From contig CAVXGK010000002.1 in assembly GCA_963761305.1 (NCBI GenBank), positions 1,280,001-1,344,000 on the forward strand: 64,000 bases of DNA, given 5' to 3'. The notes under the pieces are model-generated. The model had not been told where the DNA came from, made no database searches, and saw only the letters and a list, made by a program, of their open reading frames with translations. This document shows, piece after piece, positions 1 to 9,416 of the stretch (position 1 is the first letter of the stretch; each line of letters opens with the position of its first letter). This DNA is from an uncultured Gemmatimonadaceae bacterium (GTDB taxonomy: Bacteria > Gemmatimonadota > Gemmatimonadetes > Gemmatimonadales > Gemmatimonadaceae). A program made the translations under genes and the position numbers.

Positions 1-85
1 GAAGTATCCAAAAGGCGACGGTCTTGGAAAACCGTCCCCAACTGAACTCCTTCTTGGTGTTCTTCGGCTGCATGGGAAGTGGCAT
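1..85 (-). CDS. ftsH: ATP-dependent zinc metalloprotease FtsH, N-terminal fragment (runs off the window)
   Basis: ATG at 85-83 overlaps the hpt stop (TAATG). It reads MPLPMQPKNTKKEFSWGRFSKTVAFWIL, the start of a TM helix. The tilS-hpt-ftsH order is a conserved synteny. Confidence 0.75.
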   Translation of the reverse strand, partial: MPLPMQPKNTKKEFSWGRFSKTVAFWIL

Positions 86-636
86 TACCGCAAGCTCGCT
101 ATGTACGGAAGGTGCCTGAAGTTCTCTGCGTGATCCAAACCATACCCCACGAGGAACTCGTTGGGTGCATCAAACCCGATGAATCGAGTGGGATGCCGAA
201 GTTCCGTGGCGATGTGCTTATGAAGCAACGCGCATATCTCCAAGGTTCGCGGCTTCCGTGCCCACAGCAAATCCATGAGTCGGTTCAGCGTACGGCCCGT
301 ATCTACGATGTCTTCGACGAGGAGAATGTCCTTGCCCTCGAGCTCGGTTTCCGGATCGTACACCAAGCGCACGTTGCCGCTGGAAACCGTCGCGTCTCCA
401 TAACTCGAAGCCACCAGGAAATCGACTTGCAGAGGGCGCCGGATTTGGCGCACCAGGTCACTGAGAAATATAAAGCTGCCCTTCAAGAGACCGAGCACGA
501 GGAGGTCGCCCTCGGGGTATACGTCGGTGATTTCCGCCCCCAATTGGCCGACTCGCGTCGCGATTTCCCCTTCAGAGTAGACGATTCGTCGAACGTCGCG
601 ACCCAGAAGCCGCGGATCAGCCGATATGGCGTTCAC
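85..636 (-). CDS. hpt: Hypoxanthine phosphoribosyltransferase
   Basis: Motifs LKGSFIFLSDL, PRPP-binding LLVEDIVDTGRT and VGYGLD. Confidence 0.97.
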   Translation of the reverse strand: MNAISADPRLLGRDVRRIVYSEGEIATRVGQLGAEITDVYPEGDLLVLGLLKGSFIFLSDLVRQIRRPLQVDFLVASSYGDATVSSGNVRLVYDPETELEGKDILLVEDIVDTGRTLNRLMDLLWARKPRTLEICALLHKHIATELRHPTRFIGFDAPNEFLVGYGLDHAENFRHLPYIASLR

Positions 637-1939
637 AGGAAAAAGTTAAGGTCGGTCTGCCCCCCGCTGACCGCTCGGTTGCCGCGCCGCTGCGGCGAAC
701 ACCTGGAACCCAGACGATCTGATCCCCACACAGTACTACGGGCCAACCGCCTCGTTCGTGACCCGTCACACCAGCATCGTTCAAAAGCCGCTTCACTTTG
801 CGCCCTGGCCTTCCCGAGGCGCCCGCAATCCGGTCCCCAGGGCGCCAGCCCCGAACTCGCAGGGGTTCATCGACCGGAAGCTGTGCGTTCCATCCCGACG
901 GTTCGTCCCGCCAACCTCGGTTCATGCCAGCCGACCAGAACGTCCAGCGCCCCCACGTCGTATACGCTGTCCGATCCAACTCCGCTTCACCCGCGTTCTC
1001 GCTCTGGGACGCGCGAAGCCGAAGTGCATGGCGCGACCGCACGACCTCCCAGCCGCCGGAGAGCTGAATCCGAGAGCCCACGCGCGACGTCTGCGAGAAC
1101 GACGCGAGTCGGCCGATCCCACGGCGATCGAGGGTCGCTCCGACTCTCGCCGCCACCGCGGGCCACAGAACGCCGAGCTGCGCGGCATCCAGCCCATCGA
1201 TCGTTCCCACGCCGACGTCCACCGCTCTCTCTTCTCGGTCCACCGTGGATACGAGTTGCGCGATGGTCTCGGTTTCACGCCGCCAAGTCGCGGCGCGCTC
1301 TCCAATCTCCAGCAACTCACGATCGATGCCCGGACTCACCGAGCGCAGCGCCGGCAGGATATCGTGACGAATACGGTTTCGTAAGAAACGACGCGCCACG
1401 TTCGTTGGATCCTCGACCCATTCGAGCCTGCGCTTCGTCGCATAGTCCAGCAATGCGGCGCGCCGCAGCGCGAGCAACGGGCGCAGCACGTCGCTCGGCG
1501 CCAGCAATCCGGCGAGACCGCGTGCCCCCGCCTCGCGAAGCGTGCGCATGAGCACCGTCTCGATTTGATCGTCGGCGGTGTGCGCCGTCGCGATCGACGC
1601 GCTTCGCGACCGACCCACGTCGCGCAGGAACGTCCATCGGGCTTCGCGCCACGCGGCTTCCGTGGCGGCGGTCGACGCATGCGGCGCGCGCCCGGCGACG
1701 CAGTCGATGCCGCGATCGCGAGCCGCTCGCTGCACGAGCGCGCACGCCTCCGTCGCCGCGGCGCCGGTGCCATGGTCGAACGTCGCGACGACGAGACGGC
1801 TCGCGCCGAGCGCCGAGGCGGCCGCGTCGAGCAGGACCATGGAGTCGAGCCCGCCGGAGACCGCGAGCACGACGCGCTCGTGGCGCGCGAGCGACACGCC
1901 GACGGCGCGGCGAATCGAGACAGCGGACGCGGAGGGCAC
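617..1939 (-). CDS. tilS: tRNA(Ile)-lysidine synthetase
   Basis: PP-loop AVSGGLDS, HTADDQIET, RNRIRH and a C-terminal TilS domain. Start placed at GTG 1939, 6 nt after a TATCTT -10 box; the ORF track extends it to 1999. Confidence 0.93.
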   Translation of the reverse strand: MPSASAVSIRRAVGVSLARHERVVLAVSGGLDSMVLLDAAASALGASRLVVATFDHGTGAAATEACALVQRAARDRGIDCVAGRAPHASTAATEAAWREARWTFLRDVGRSRSASIATAHTADDQIETVLMRTLREAGARGLAGLLAPSDVLRPLLALRRAALLDYATKRRLEWVEDPTNVARRFLRNRIRHDILPALRSVSPGIDRELLEIGERAATWRRETETIAQLVSTVDREERAVDVGVGTIDGLDAAQLGVLWPAVAARVGATLDRRGIGRLASFSQTSRVGSRIQLSGGWEVVRSRHALRLRASQSENAGEAELDRTAYTTWGRWTFWSAGMNRGWRDEPSGWNAQLPVDEPLRVRGWRPGDRIAGASGRPGRKVKRLLNDAGVTGHERGGWPVVLCGDQIVWVPGVRRSGAATERSAGGRPTLTFSCERHIG

Positions 1940-2001
1940 GTGCGCAAGATAGCCCGGATGGCTATACTTCTCGCGCTGGCTCACCCGTCTGGAGGGCACA
2001 C

Positions 2002-2172
2002 TTGGAGACGCACGGTCCTTTCGGAACTCTCTGGGTCGGTCTTGGACTCGGCTGCTTCTATATCGCGTTGATCTGGCTGAACACGCTGCTGGGCTTCTTC
2101 CTCACGCCGCTGTTCATCATTCCAGCCACGTGGCTGCAGGACCGTTTCGCGCCGGCGCGAAGCAAGGAATAG
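2002..2172 (+). CDS. Small hydrophobic membrane protein (56 aa), absent from the ORF track
   Basis: GGAGG SD at 1991-1995 and TTG at 2002. It reads METHGPFGTLWVGLGLGCFYIALIWLNTLLGFFLTPLFIIPATWLQDRFAPARSKE, with TAG at 2170-2172. A TATACT -10 box lies at 1963-1968. Confidence 0.7.
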   Translation: METHGPFGTLWVGLGLGCFYIALIWLNTLLGFFLTPLFIIPATWLQDRFAPARSKE

Positions 2173-5087
2173 GAGCGCGCACGAAAGCGCGCGCCGTCGC
2201 GCTTCTGCTCGCCGCGGCACTCCCGGCTCACGCGCAGTTCGTCGTCCGATCGTGGCTGCCGTGGCGCACCATCGAAACGCGCCACTTCGAGTTTCATTAC
2301 CCGCTCCCGCTCGAGGAGTGGACGCGCCACATCGCCGCGCGCGCCGACGCGATCGATTCCGCCGTTACGCGCATCGTCGGCTACACGCCGTCGGCCAAGA
2401 CGCAGGTAGTCGTCGACAATCCATACTCGTTCGCCAACGGGTCGGCATGGCCGTTCTTGAACCAGCCGGCCATCAACCTGTGGGCCGTCCCGCCCGATCC
2501 GCGCGACGACATCGGCGAGTTTCGCGATTGGGGCGAGATGCTCGTGTCGCACGAGTTCGGCCACATCGCGCACCTCACGCGGCCGTCTCGCAGCGCGTCG
2601 TACACGGAACTGTGGCGGGCGTTGCCGGTGCAGATCGGACCGATCGCCGAACGCGCGCCGCGCTGGGTGATCGAGGGCTACGCCACCTTCATCGAAGGAC
2701 GCGTCACCGGATCCGGGCGGCCGCACGGCGTCTGGCGACCGGCGCTGCTTCGCGAGCTCGCGCTCGAGGGACAGCTTCCGCGATATGAGAATCTGAATTC
2801 GTCCGGCGCGTTCGAGGGCGGGTCGTTCGCCTACCTCGCGGGCTCGGCGTTTCTCGAATGGCTCGCCGATCAGCACGGGGACTCGAGCCTCATCCTGGTG
2901 TGGCGACGTTTGAGCGCGCGGCAGAACCGTTCGTTCGACGAAGCCTTCCGAGGCGTGTTTGGCGAAAGTCCGGCGACGCTCTATGGACGATTCACCGTCG
3001 ACGTCACCGAACGGGCGCTCGCCGCACGCCGCACGATGGGCGTCCGCGCCGACACCGGCAGCATTGTGCAGCGTCTCTCGTGGTACACCGGCGATCCGGC
3101 CATCTCGCCCAACGGGAAGCGCGCGGCCATCGTGCTGCGCTCGCCGACGATGCCGGCGCGCGTCGTCGTGTGGAACACCGCCGCCGAGCCCGACACCGGA
3201 CGTGCGAAACGCGACTCGATTCTCCGCGCGCGCGACTCGGCCGACGTGCCGGCGAAGGCGATCTACCCGCCGCCGAAGCACGTCATCGCCACCCTGAAAG
3301 TGATTGCCGGCTCGGCGTACGAGTCGCCGCGTTTTCTGCGTGACGGCCGCATCCTCGTCTCGAGAAACACGGCGCGCGGCGATGGCTCGCTCGTCCCCGA
3401 CCTCTACATATGGAATGTCGAGCGCTCCTCGGTCCATCGCGTCACGCACGGCGCGGCGCTGACGAACGCCGACCCGCTCCCCAACGGACACGGCGCGATC
3501 GCGACCCGCTGTCGCTCGGGTTGGTGCGAGCTGGTCGCGGTGAGTCTCGACGACGGGTCGGTCCGCGTGATCGATCGCGGCGGGCCGGAAGAGTCGTACT
3601 ATCGGCCACGCGTGTCCCCCGACGGCGCGAAGGCCGTCGTGTCGGTGCACACGCGCGACGGCTGGCGACTTCGCGTGGTGGACCTGGCACGCGGAATGTC
3701 GAATCCCGTCGCGAACCTCGAGAACGTCGACGCGTACGACGCCGCGTGGCTCGACTCGACGTCCGTCGTCGCGACCACGAACGCGAGCGGCGTACCGCAG
3801 ATCGAGCGCGTGAATCTCTCGAGCAATCAACGAGAGCAAATCACCAACGTCCTCGGCGCCGCCGTGGCCGCGGAACCAAACCGCTCCGACGGCGGCGTGT
3901 GGTTCCTCTCGCTCTATTCCCGCGGCTACGACCTGCGTCGCGTGGAATCCAAGGCAGTCGTCGCGCTCGCCGGTCCGGCGGATGCCGCGCTGACCCCGGC
4001 TGCGACGGTCACTCCGACGATCGCCGCGCCGTTCGCCATCAACGCCGTGACGGCGCCGCGACCCTACGCGCTCGAGCCGCGTTTCTTCCGTTGGCTGCCG
4101 GTGCCGCGCGCCGACGCCGACGGCGTAGGAGCGGAGCTCGCGCTCTCGAGCCGCGATCTCATCGGTCGCAGCGCGTTGATGCTGCGCGGTGCGCTCGGTT
4201 CGCCGGCCGAGTGGAGCGGCGGCGCGGCAAGTGCCGAATGGTTCGGGACGAGGCCCGGCTTTCGACTCGACCTCTTTGGCGCGACGCAACGCACGTCGTC
4301 GCTCGCGAACGACGTCGCCACGCCACGATTCGATTCACGTCTCGCCGGCGGCTCGCTGATGCTCGACGGCTCCCTACTCTACGACGCGTGGACGCTGCGC
4401 TATCGCGCTGGAGGCAGCGTGGCCGACTTGAGTCTCGCAAATCCGGACGCCGAGCAGGTGCCGCGCGCCACGACGAGACGCGCCGTCGCCTTCGCCGCCG
4501 CGAGCCTCGGCGCCGTGCAACGCAGCGACGCGGCGACGCTCACCGAATCGCTGAGCGCGCGCGGCACCGCCGGCAGCGAGTTCAACGCGCCCGTCCGCCG
4601 CATCGTGGCGACTGCGGCGCTGTCGCTCTCGGGCAGCGGGACCATTCCGCTTTCAGTCGCCTCGACCTATGCCCGAGTGAACGCCGACGCGCCGGTGTTC
4701 GAGCAGCCCGCCATCGGCGGCGGTCCGGTGACCATCCTCCCGTCCGACGTGCTGTCGCAGCGGCTGGAGATGCCGGCGCTTCCGTCGGCGATCAGCGTGG
4801 GACCATCAGCGTTTGTGTATCGCGTTGCGCTGGACACTCGACCCCTCGCGCTCTACTGGTGGGGCGGCAGCACGGCTTCGCTGGTCTGCTCGCCGATCTG
4901 TCCTGCCTTGGAGTCGAAGTTCTCGCGGTGGAACCGCGTGGCCGGTGCGGAATGGACGGCGTCGGTTGCGTCGATTCCCATGGCCGGAACGCCGGCGGTT
5001 CGCACCAGAGTCGGCATCGGCGAGTCGATCGACGCCCCACTCCGCCATCGCCTCGTCGCATACGTCGGAGTCGTCCTCGACCCCTAG
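2130..5087 (+). CDS. Exported protein with an N-terminal HExxH metallopeptidase-like domain, TolB/PD40-like propeller and probable C-terminal beta-barrel
   Basis: Signal peptide ALLLAAALPAHA|Q, HEFGH followed by WVIEGYA, repeated P(A/R)(I/V)SP(N/D)G propeller motifs, and beta-rich C-terminus. Confidence 0.8.
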   Translation: MAAGPFRAGAKQGIGARTKARAVALLLAAALPAHAQFVVRSWLPWRTIETRHFEFHYPLPLEEWTRHIAARADAIDSAVTRIVGYTPSAKTQVVVDNPYSFANGSAWPFLNQPAINLWAVPPDPRDDIGEFRDWGEMLVSHEFGHIAHLTRPSRSASYTELWRALPVQIGPIAERAPRWVIEGYATFIEGRVTGSGRPHGVWRPALLRELALEGQLPRYENLNSSGAFEGGSFAYLAGSAFLEWLADQHGDSSLILVWRRLSARQNRSFDEAFRGVFGESPATLYGRFTVDVTERALAARRTMGVRADTGSIVQRLSWYTGDPAISPNGKRAAIVLRSPTMPARVVVWNTAAEPDTGRAKRDSILRARDSADVPAKAIYPPPKHVIATLKVIAGSAYESPRFLRDGRILVSRNTARGDGSLVPDLYIWNVERSSVHRVTHGAALTNADPLPNGHGAIATRCRSGWCELVAVSLDDGSVRVIDRGGPEESYYRPRVSPDGAKAVVSVHTRDGWRLRVVDLARGMSNPVANLENVDAYDAAWLDSTSVVATTNASGVPQIERVNLSSNQREQITNVLGAAVAAEPNRSDGGVWFLSLYSRGYDLRRVESKAVVALAGPADAALTPAATVTPTIAAPFAINAVTAPRPYALEPRFFRWLPVPRADADGVGAELALSSRDLIGRSALMLRGALGSPAEWSGGAASAEWFGTRPGFRLDLFGATQRTSSLANDVATPRFDSRLAGGSLMLDGSLLYDAWTLRYRAGGSVADLSLANPDAEQVPRATTRRAVAFAAASLGAVQRSDAATLTESLSARGTAGSEFNAPVRRIVATAALSLSGSGTIPLSVASTYARVNADAPVFEQPAIGGGPVTILPSDVLSQRLEMPALPSAISVGPSAFVYRVALDTRPLALYWWGGSTASLVCSPICPALESKFSRWNRVAGAEWTASVASIPMAGTPAVRTRVGIGESIDAPLRHRLVAYVGVVLDP

Positions 5088-5150
5088 TCGCGTGCGAACG
5101 CGCAAGGGGACTGCGACGCCTCGGGTGTTCGACTACGACATCTGACGTAC

Positions 5151-5178
5151 TTGTTATTCCCCGGCTGTCTTTTATGAT
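5151..5178 (+). promoter_or_regulatory. Putative sigma70 promoter of the TonB-dependent receptor
   Basis: TTGTTA-N16-TATGAT in an AT-richer intergenic patch. Confidence 0.4.
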
Positions 5179-5275
5179 CGAGGGCGCTCTCCGGCGTGCC
5201 CTTCTCCGGAAGCGCCGGGCGGTTGTCCCACCCACCTGACCCGTTCCGGGTTCTTCCCCCCTCACGGAGGCCTGC

Positions 5276-8170
5276 ATGTCTTTGCAGACCGTACGACCCG
5301 TCGCGCGCCCGATCCTCGCCCCGCCGAGTCGTGCTGTTCGGCACGGTGCCTGGTTCGGCCTGCTCGCCCTCGTCGTTGCCGCTACACCCGCTCGCGCGCA
5401 GAATGGCACGATCTCGGGTCGCGTGACCGAAGCACTGTCGAATCAACCGGTCAGCGGCGCCACGATCACCGCCCTCCGCGCTGCCGGTGGCGGAAGCGCC
5501 ACCGCGCGCTCGACCCCCGACGGGAAGTACACGCTGACCGATCTTCCCGCCGGCACGTACACAGTGACGGTCACGGCGCGCATCGGTCTCGCGCAGAAGC
5601 ACGTCGACGGATTCCTCGTGCAGGCCGGGCAGACCGCTACGCTCGACTTTGCGATGGCGCCGATCGCCGCGCAGCTCGAGCAGGTCGTGACCACGGCCAC
5701 TGGCGGCGCCGAACCGGAGCGAATTCAGGATTCTCCAAATCCGATCTCGGTCGTCACGGCGTCGCAGATCGCCGAGCGGCCGTCGGCCACGATCACCGAT
5801 CACCTGAAGGCGCTGCCTGGCCTGTCGATTTCGGCCGGCGGCATCGCACAGGCGAACATCGTGTCGCGCGGATTCAACAACGCGTTCTCGACGCAGATGT
5901 TGATGCTTCAGGACTATCGCTACGCGGGCGTGCCGTCGCTCCGCGTCAACGTGCCGCTGCTGTTCACGGGCACGAACGAGGACATTGATAGGATCGAGGT
6001 GCTTCAAGGTCCTGCCGCCGCGCTCTACGGACCAAACTCGGGCAATGGCGTGCTGCACGTCATCACCAAATCGCCGTTCCAGTCGGCCGGTACGACGCTC
6101 ACCCTCGACGGCGGCGACCGGTCGATGGTGCGCGGGAGCCTGCGACACGCGGGCATCATCGCCGAGGACAAGCTCGCGTACAAGATCTCCGGCGAGTTCC
6201 TGAACGCGAACGACTTCCAGTACGTCGACCCCAACGAGCCGACGACCTACTCGGCCACCGATCCGCGGATTCCACCGTCGCGCCGCGGCCAGGGCGTCAC
6301 GCACGACTTCGACGTTCGCCGCTACGCGGGCGAAGCGCGCCTCGACTACAAGCTCGACGAGGACACGCAGTTGATCTCGAGCGCCGGGTATTCGCTCATC
6401 GGCAGCGACCGCGAAATCACGACGACGTTCGGCGCCGCGCAGGTGAAGGATTGGAGCTACCTCAATCTCCAGGAGCGCCTGCACCACAAGAACTTCTTTG
6501 CGCAGGTCTTCTATACGAAATCGAACTCCGGCAACTCCGACAGCCTCGACGCGAACGGAACGTACTATCTGCGGTCCGGCATTCCCGTCGTCGACAAGTC
6601 GAGCATCCTCGCGACGCAGGTCCAGCAAGGGTTGCAGTGGAGCCGCACCAAGTTCGTCGTCGGAGCCGAGTATCTCGCCACGCGCCCGCAGACCGAAGGC
6701 ACGATCGACGGCCGCAACGAGAACGACGACAACATCAATGAGTACGGCGGGTACGTTCAGACCACGACCGCGATCACGTCGAAGGTCGACTTCCTCGCCG
6801 CGGCACGGGTCGACGCCAACTCCCGCATCGACGGCTACCAGTTCTCGCCGCGCGCCGCGTTGATCTTCAAGCCGGATTCGAACAACAACTTCCGCGTCAC
6901 GTTCAACCGCGCGTACGCGTCGCCGACGTCGTTCTCGTTCTTCCTCGATCAGTATTCGGGACAGACGCCGGCGCCGGGCATGCCGGTGCAGATCCTCGGC
7001 AACCCGCCGAAAGAAGGCTGGCAGTTCGCGAACAACTGCACGGGCGCCCTCGGTGGACTGTGCATGCGGTCGCCGTATATCCCAGGCGTCGTCGGCGCGT
7101 CCGCGGCCTCGGCGTACGCGGGCTTCGTCACGCCGAACGCAGCGTTCGGTGGCGTCAGCCCACTCCAGGCGATCATTCAGTCGCAGCCGTCGAGCGTTTT
7201 CGGCGGCGATGCGAACAAGGCGCTGTTGCTCTCCGCGCTGCCGCTGGTCCAGGGCCTGCGCCCGACGGACGCCAACGTCGGAAGCGTACTGGTGGACCTC
7301 AACAGCAATACGCCGTTGACGTCGGCGCCCACGAACTACGCTCCACTCGGCGCGAACTTCGCCAACACGTGGGAGGTCGGTTATAAGGGCCTCGTCTCGC
7401 CGCGGGTGAGCGTCGAGCTCGACGCCTGGTTCCAGCGCCGGCCGTCCGACCCCACGACGCAGATTCTCAATCCGGGGATTCTGTTTAACCCCACACAACT
7501 CGGCGGATTCCTCGGAACCAGCATCGCCGGCGAGCTGATCGCGCAGGGCGTTCCGCAGGCACAGGCGCAGGCTCAAGCACAGGCGCTCGCCACGGCGCTG
7601 ACGCAAGTCATGGCGAAGGTGCCCGTCGGCGCGGCCGCGTTCAACAGCCCCCTCTACACGCAGCCCTACCTGGTCTTCTCGTACCAGAACTCGCCGGGTT
7701 ACATCAACGTGCACGGCTTCGATGCCTCGGCAGATTTCCTGCTGCCGCAGGGGTGGTCGCTGGCTACGACGTACTCGAACCTCAACAGGAACGTTTTCAC
7801 CGACGCGCCGGGCGCGACGGTCGCCAATCCACTTGCCGCCAACACGCCGAAGCACCGCGCCACCGCCACCCTGCGCTACGACAGCCAGGAGCACGGGTAT
7901 GGCGTGGAGATTCGTGGGCGCTACGCCGACGCGTTCCCGGTCAACTCGGGCGTCTTCAACTCGTACGGGTTGCCGGCCGGCTCGGTGCCGTATCCCGGCG
8001 TACCGGTCAACGCCTTCCTCGACGCTGGATTCTCGTGGCTTCTTCCGGTCAGTGGGGCGCCGAGATGGTCGTTGAACGCGACGAACCTGCTGAACAATCC
8101 GGTGGCCAGCTTCGTCGGCGTGCCGAAGATCGGCCGCATGATCATGACGCGCGTCTCGTACACGTACTGA
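5276..8170 (+). CDS. TonB-dependent receptor with carboxypeptidase-regulatory-like N-terminal domain
   Basis: Signal peptide, LEQVVTTAT TonB-box region, plug motif IDRIEVLQGPAAALYG, and C-terminal NLLN...RVSYTY. Confidence 0.95.
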   Translation: MSLQTVRPVARPILAPPSRAVRHGAWFGLLALVVAATPARAQNGTISGRVTEALSNQPVSGATITALRAAGGGSATARSTPDGKYTLTDLPAGTYTVTVTARIGLAQKHVDGFLVQAGQTATLDFAMAPIAAQLEQVVTTATGGAEPERIQDSPNPISVVTASQIAERPSATITDHLKALPGLSISAGGIAQANIVSRGFNNAFSTQMLMLQDYRYAGVPSLRVNVPLLFTGTNEDIDRIEVLQGPAAALYGPNSGNGVLHVITKSPFQSAGTTLTLDGGDRSMVRGSLRHAGIIAEDKLAYKISGEFLNANDFQYVDPNEPTTYSATDPRIPPSRRGQGVTHDFDVRRYAGEARLDYKLDEDTQLISSAGYSLIGSDREITTTFGAAQVKDWSYLNLQERLHHKNFFAQVFYTKSNSGNSDSLDANGTYYLRSGIPVVDKSSILATQVQQGLQWSRTKFVVGAEYLATRPQTEGTIDGRNENDDNINEYGGYVQTTTAITSKVDFLAAARVDANSRIDGYQFSPRAALIFKPDSNNNFRVTFNRAYASPTSFSFFLDQYSGQTPAPGMPVQILGNPPKEGWQFANNCTGALGGLCMRSPYIPGVVGASAASAYAGFVTPNAAFGGVSPLQAIIQSQPSSVFGGDANKALLLSALPLVQGLRPTDANVGSVLVDLNSNTPLTSAPTNYAPLGANFANTWEVGYKGLVSPRVSVELDAWFQRRPSDPTTQILNPGILFNPTQLGGFLGTSIAGELIAQGVPQAQAQAQAQALATALTQVMAKVPVGAAAFNSPLYTQPYLVFSYQNSPGYINVHGFDASADFLLPQGWSLATTYSNLNRNVFTDAPGATVANPLAANTPKHRATATLRYDSQEHGYGVEIRGRYADAFPVNSGVFNSYGLPAGSVPYPGVPVNAFLDAGFSWLLPVSGAPRWSLNATNLLNNPVASFVGVPKIGRMIMTRVSYTY

Positions 8171-8218
8171 CGCCCCTCGCGGGCGCCGGCGAATGAGCGC
8201 CGGGGTCGGAGGCGGGGA

Positions 8219-9010
8219 ATGAACGTCCTCACCGCATTCGATCCCGACGCTCGTCTTGTCATCGGGCACCGCGGCGCGGCCGCCCGCTTTCCCGAGAACA
8301 CCTTTGCCGCGTTCGACTACGCGGTCGGGTTAGGGGTCGACGCGATCGAGTTCGACCTCCGCCTCACGCGGGACGGCGTTCTGGTCGTCATCCACGACCC
8401 GACGCTGGACCGCACGACGAGCGGATCGGGACCGGTCGCCGACCAGACGGCCGGCCAGTTGGCGGCGTTCGACGCGGGCGCGCGATTCAGCCCCGACGGG
8501 CGCAATTTCCCATTCGCCGGGACGGGAATCCGCATCCCGACCCTCGAGGAGCTTCTCGAGCGGTACCCGACCATCCCCCTTCTCATCGAGCTGAAGGTCC
8601 CGGAGACGGCCCCTGAGGCGCTTCGCGTCTTTCGGCGGCATGGCTGCGAGGACCGGGTAGTGGTCGACTCGTTCGATTCGCGCGCCCTGCGGCTCTTCAA
8701 AGGAAGCGGCATAGCCACCGGCGCCGCGAAATGGGACGTCGTCTCCCTCGTGTGGCGGAGTGCCGTGCACCTCCTGCCGAGGTCGCTGCCGTACGCGGCG
8801 CTGTGCATCCCGGAGAGGTACGGGGTCGACGTGCCCGTGCCGCGACTCGTGCGCGCGGCGGCGTCGCTCGCCATTCCCACGCACGTGTGGACGGTGAACG
8901 ACCCCGCCGACGCTCGCCGCCTCTGGTCGGAGGGGGTCGTCGGCATCATCAGCGACGATCCGGAAACGATGCTCGGCCTGCGCTCCCAGATCGCGCAGGC
9001 CGCCAAATAG
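8219..9010 (+). CDS. Glycerophosphodiester phosphodiesterase
   Basis: Motifs IGHRG, PENT, EFDLRLTRDG, HD, HVWTVND and GIISDDP. Confidence 0.95.
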   Translation: MNVLTAFDPDARLVIGHRGAAARFPENTFAAFDYAVGLGVDAIEFDLRLTRDGVLVVIHDPTLDRTTSGSGPVADQTAGQLAAFDAGARFSPDGRNFPFAGTGIRIPTLEELLERYPTIPLLIELKVPETAPEALRVFRRHGCEDRVVVDSFDSRALRLFKGSGIATGAAKWDVVSLVWRSAVHLLPRSLPYAALCIPERYGVDVPVPRLVRAAASLAIPTHVWTVNDPADARRLWSEGVVGIISDDPETMLGLRSQIAQAAK

Positions 9011-9416
9011 GCAGCAGAACAAAGCTCGCAGGATCCGCGACTCGGTCGCGCCATCGTGAGCGGACTGGATGCGGCGATCACCAGGCGCCAGCGCGGCGGC
9101 AAGTCCACAGCTACGCTGCGATCGCCTCTCCCGCCGGGTCGCGCCCGCGCGTCAGCACGCTCACGGCGAGACCGCGACGCCTGGCGGCCTCGAGGCAGCG
9201 GCGTTCGTTTTCGCGCCGCCCCGGCGCTGATCCCACGAAGGGAGTCCGCCCGAAAACTGGGCGAAAACGGCGACGTACACGCTCCGATCAGATTTGTGAT
9301 GCTCGCGTAACCGATTAATTTGACTACGCGCTCATGAGAGAATGTGAAGTACTTCAGCACATCTCTTTCAACACGCCGTTTTCTCCCGGAAACCAGCCGT
9401 TCTGACCGCCACGCTG

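Noticed and set aside
5084..8269. Long antisense ORFs (e.g. 1061 aa here, also 2058-4289, 10922-13252, 23713-26352, 34377-36479)
   Set aside because: These are shadows of real genes in GC-rich DNA; they are Arg/Ala-rich with no motifs.
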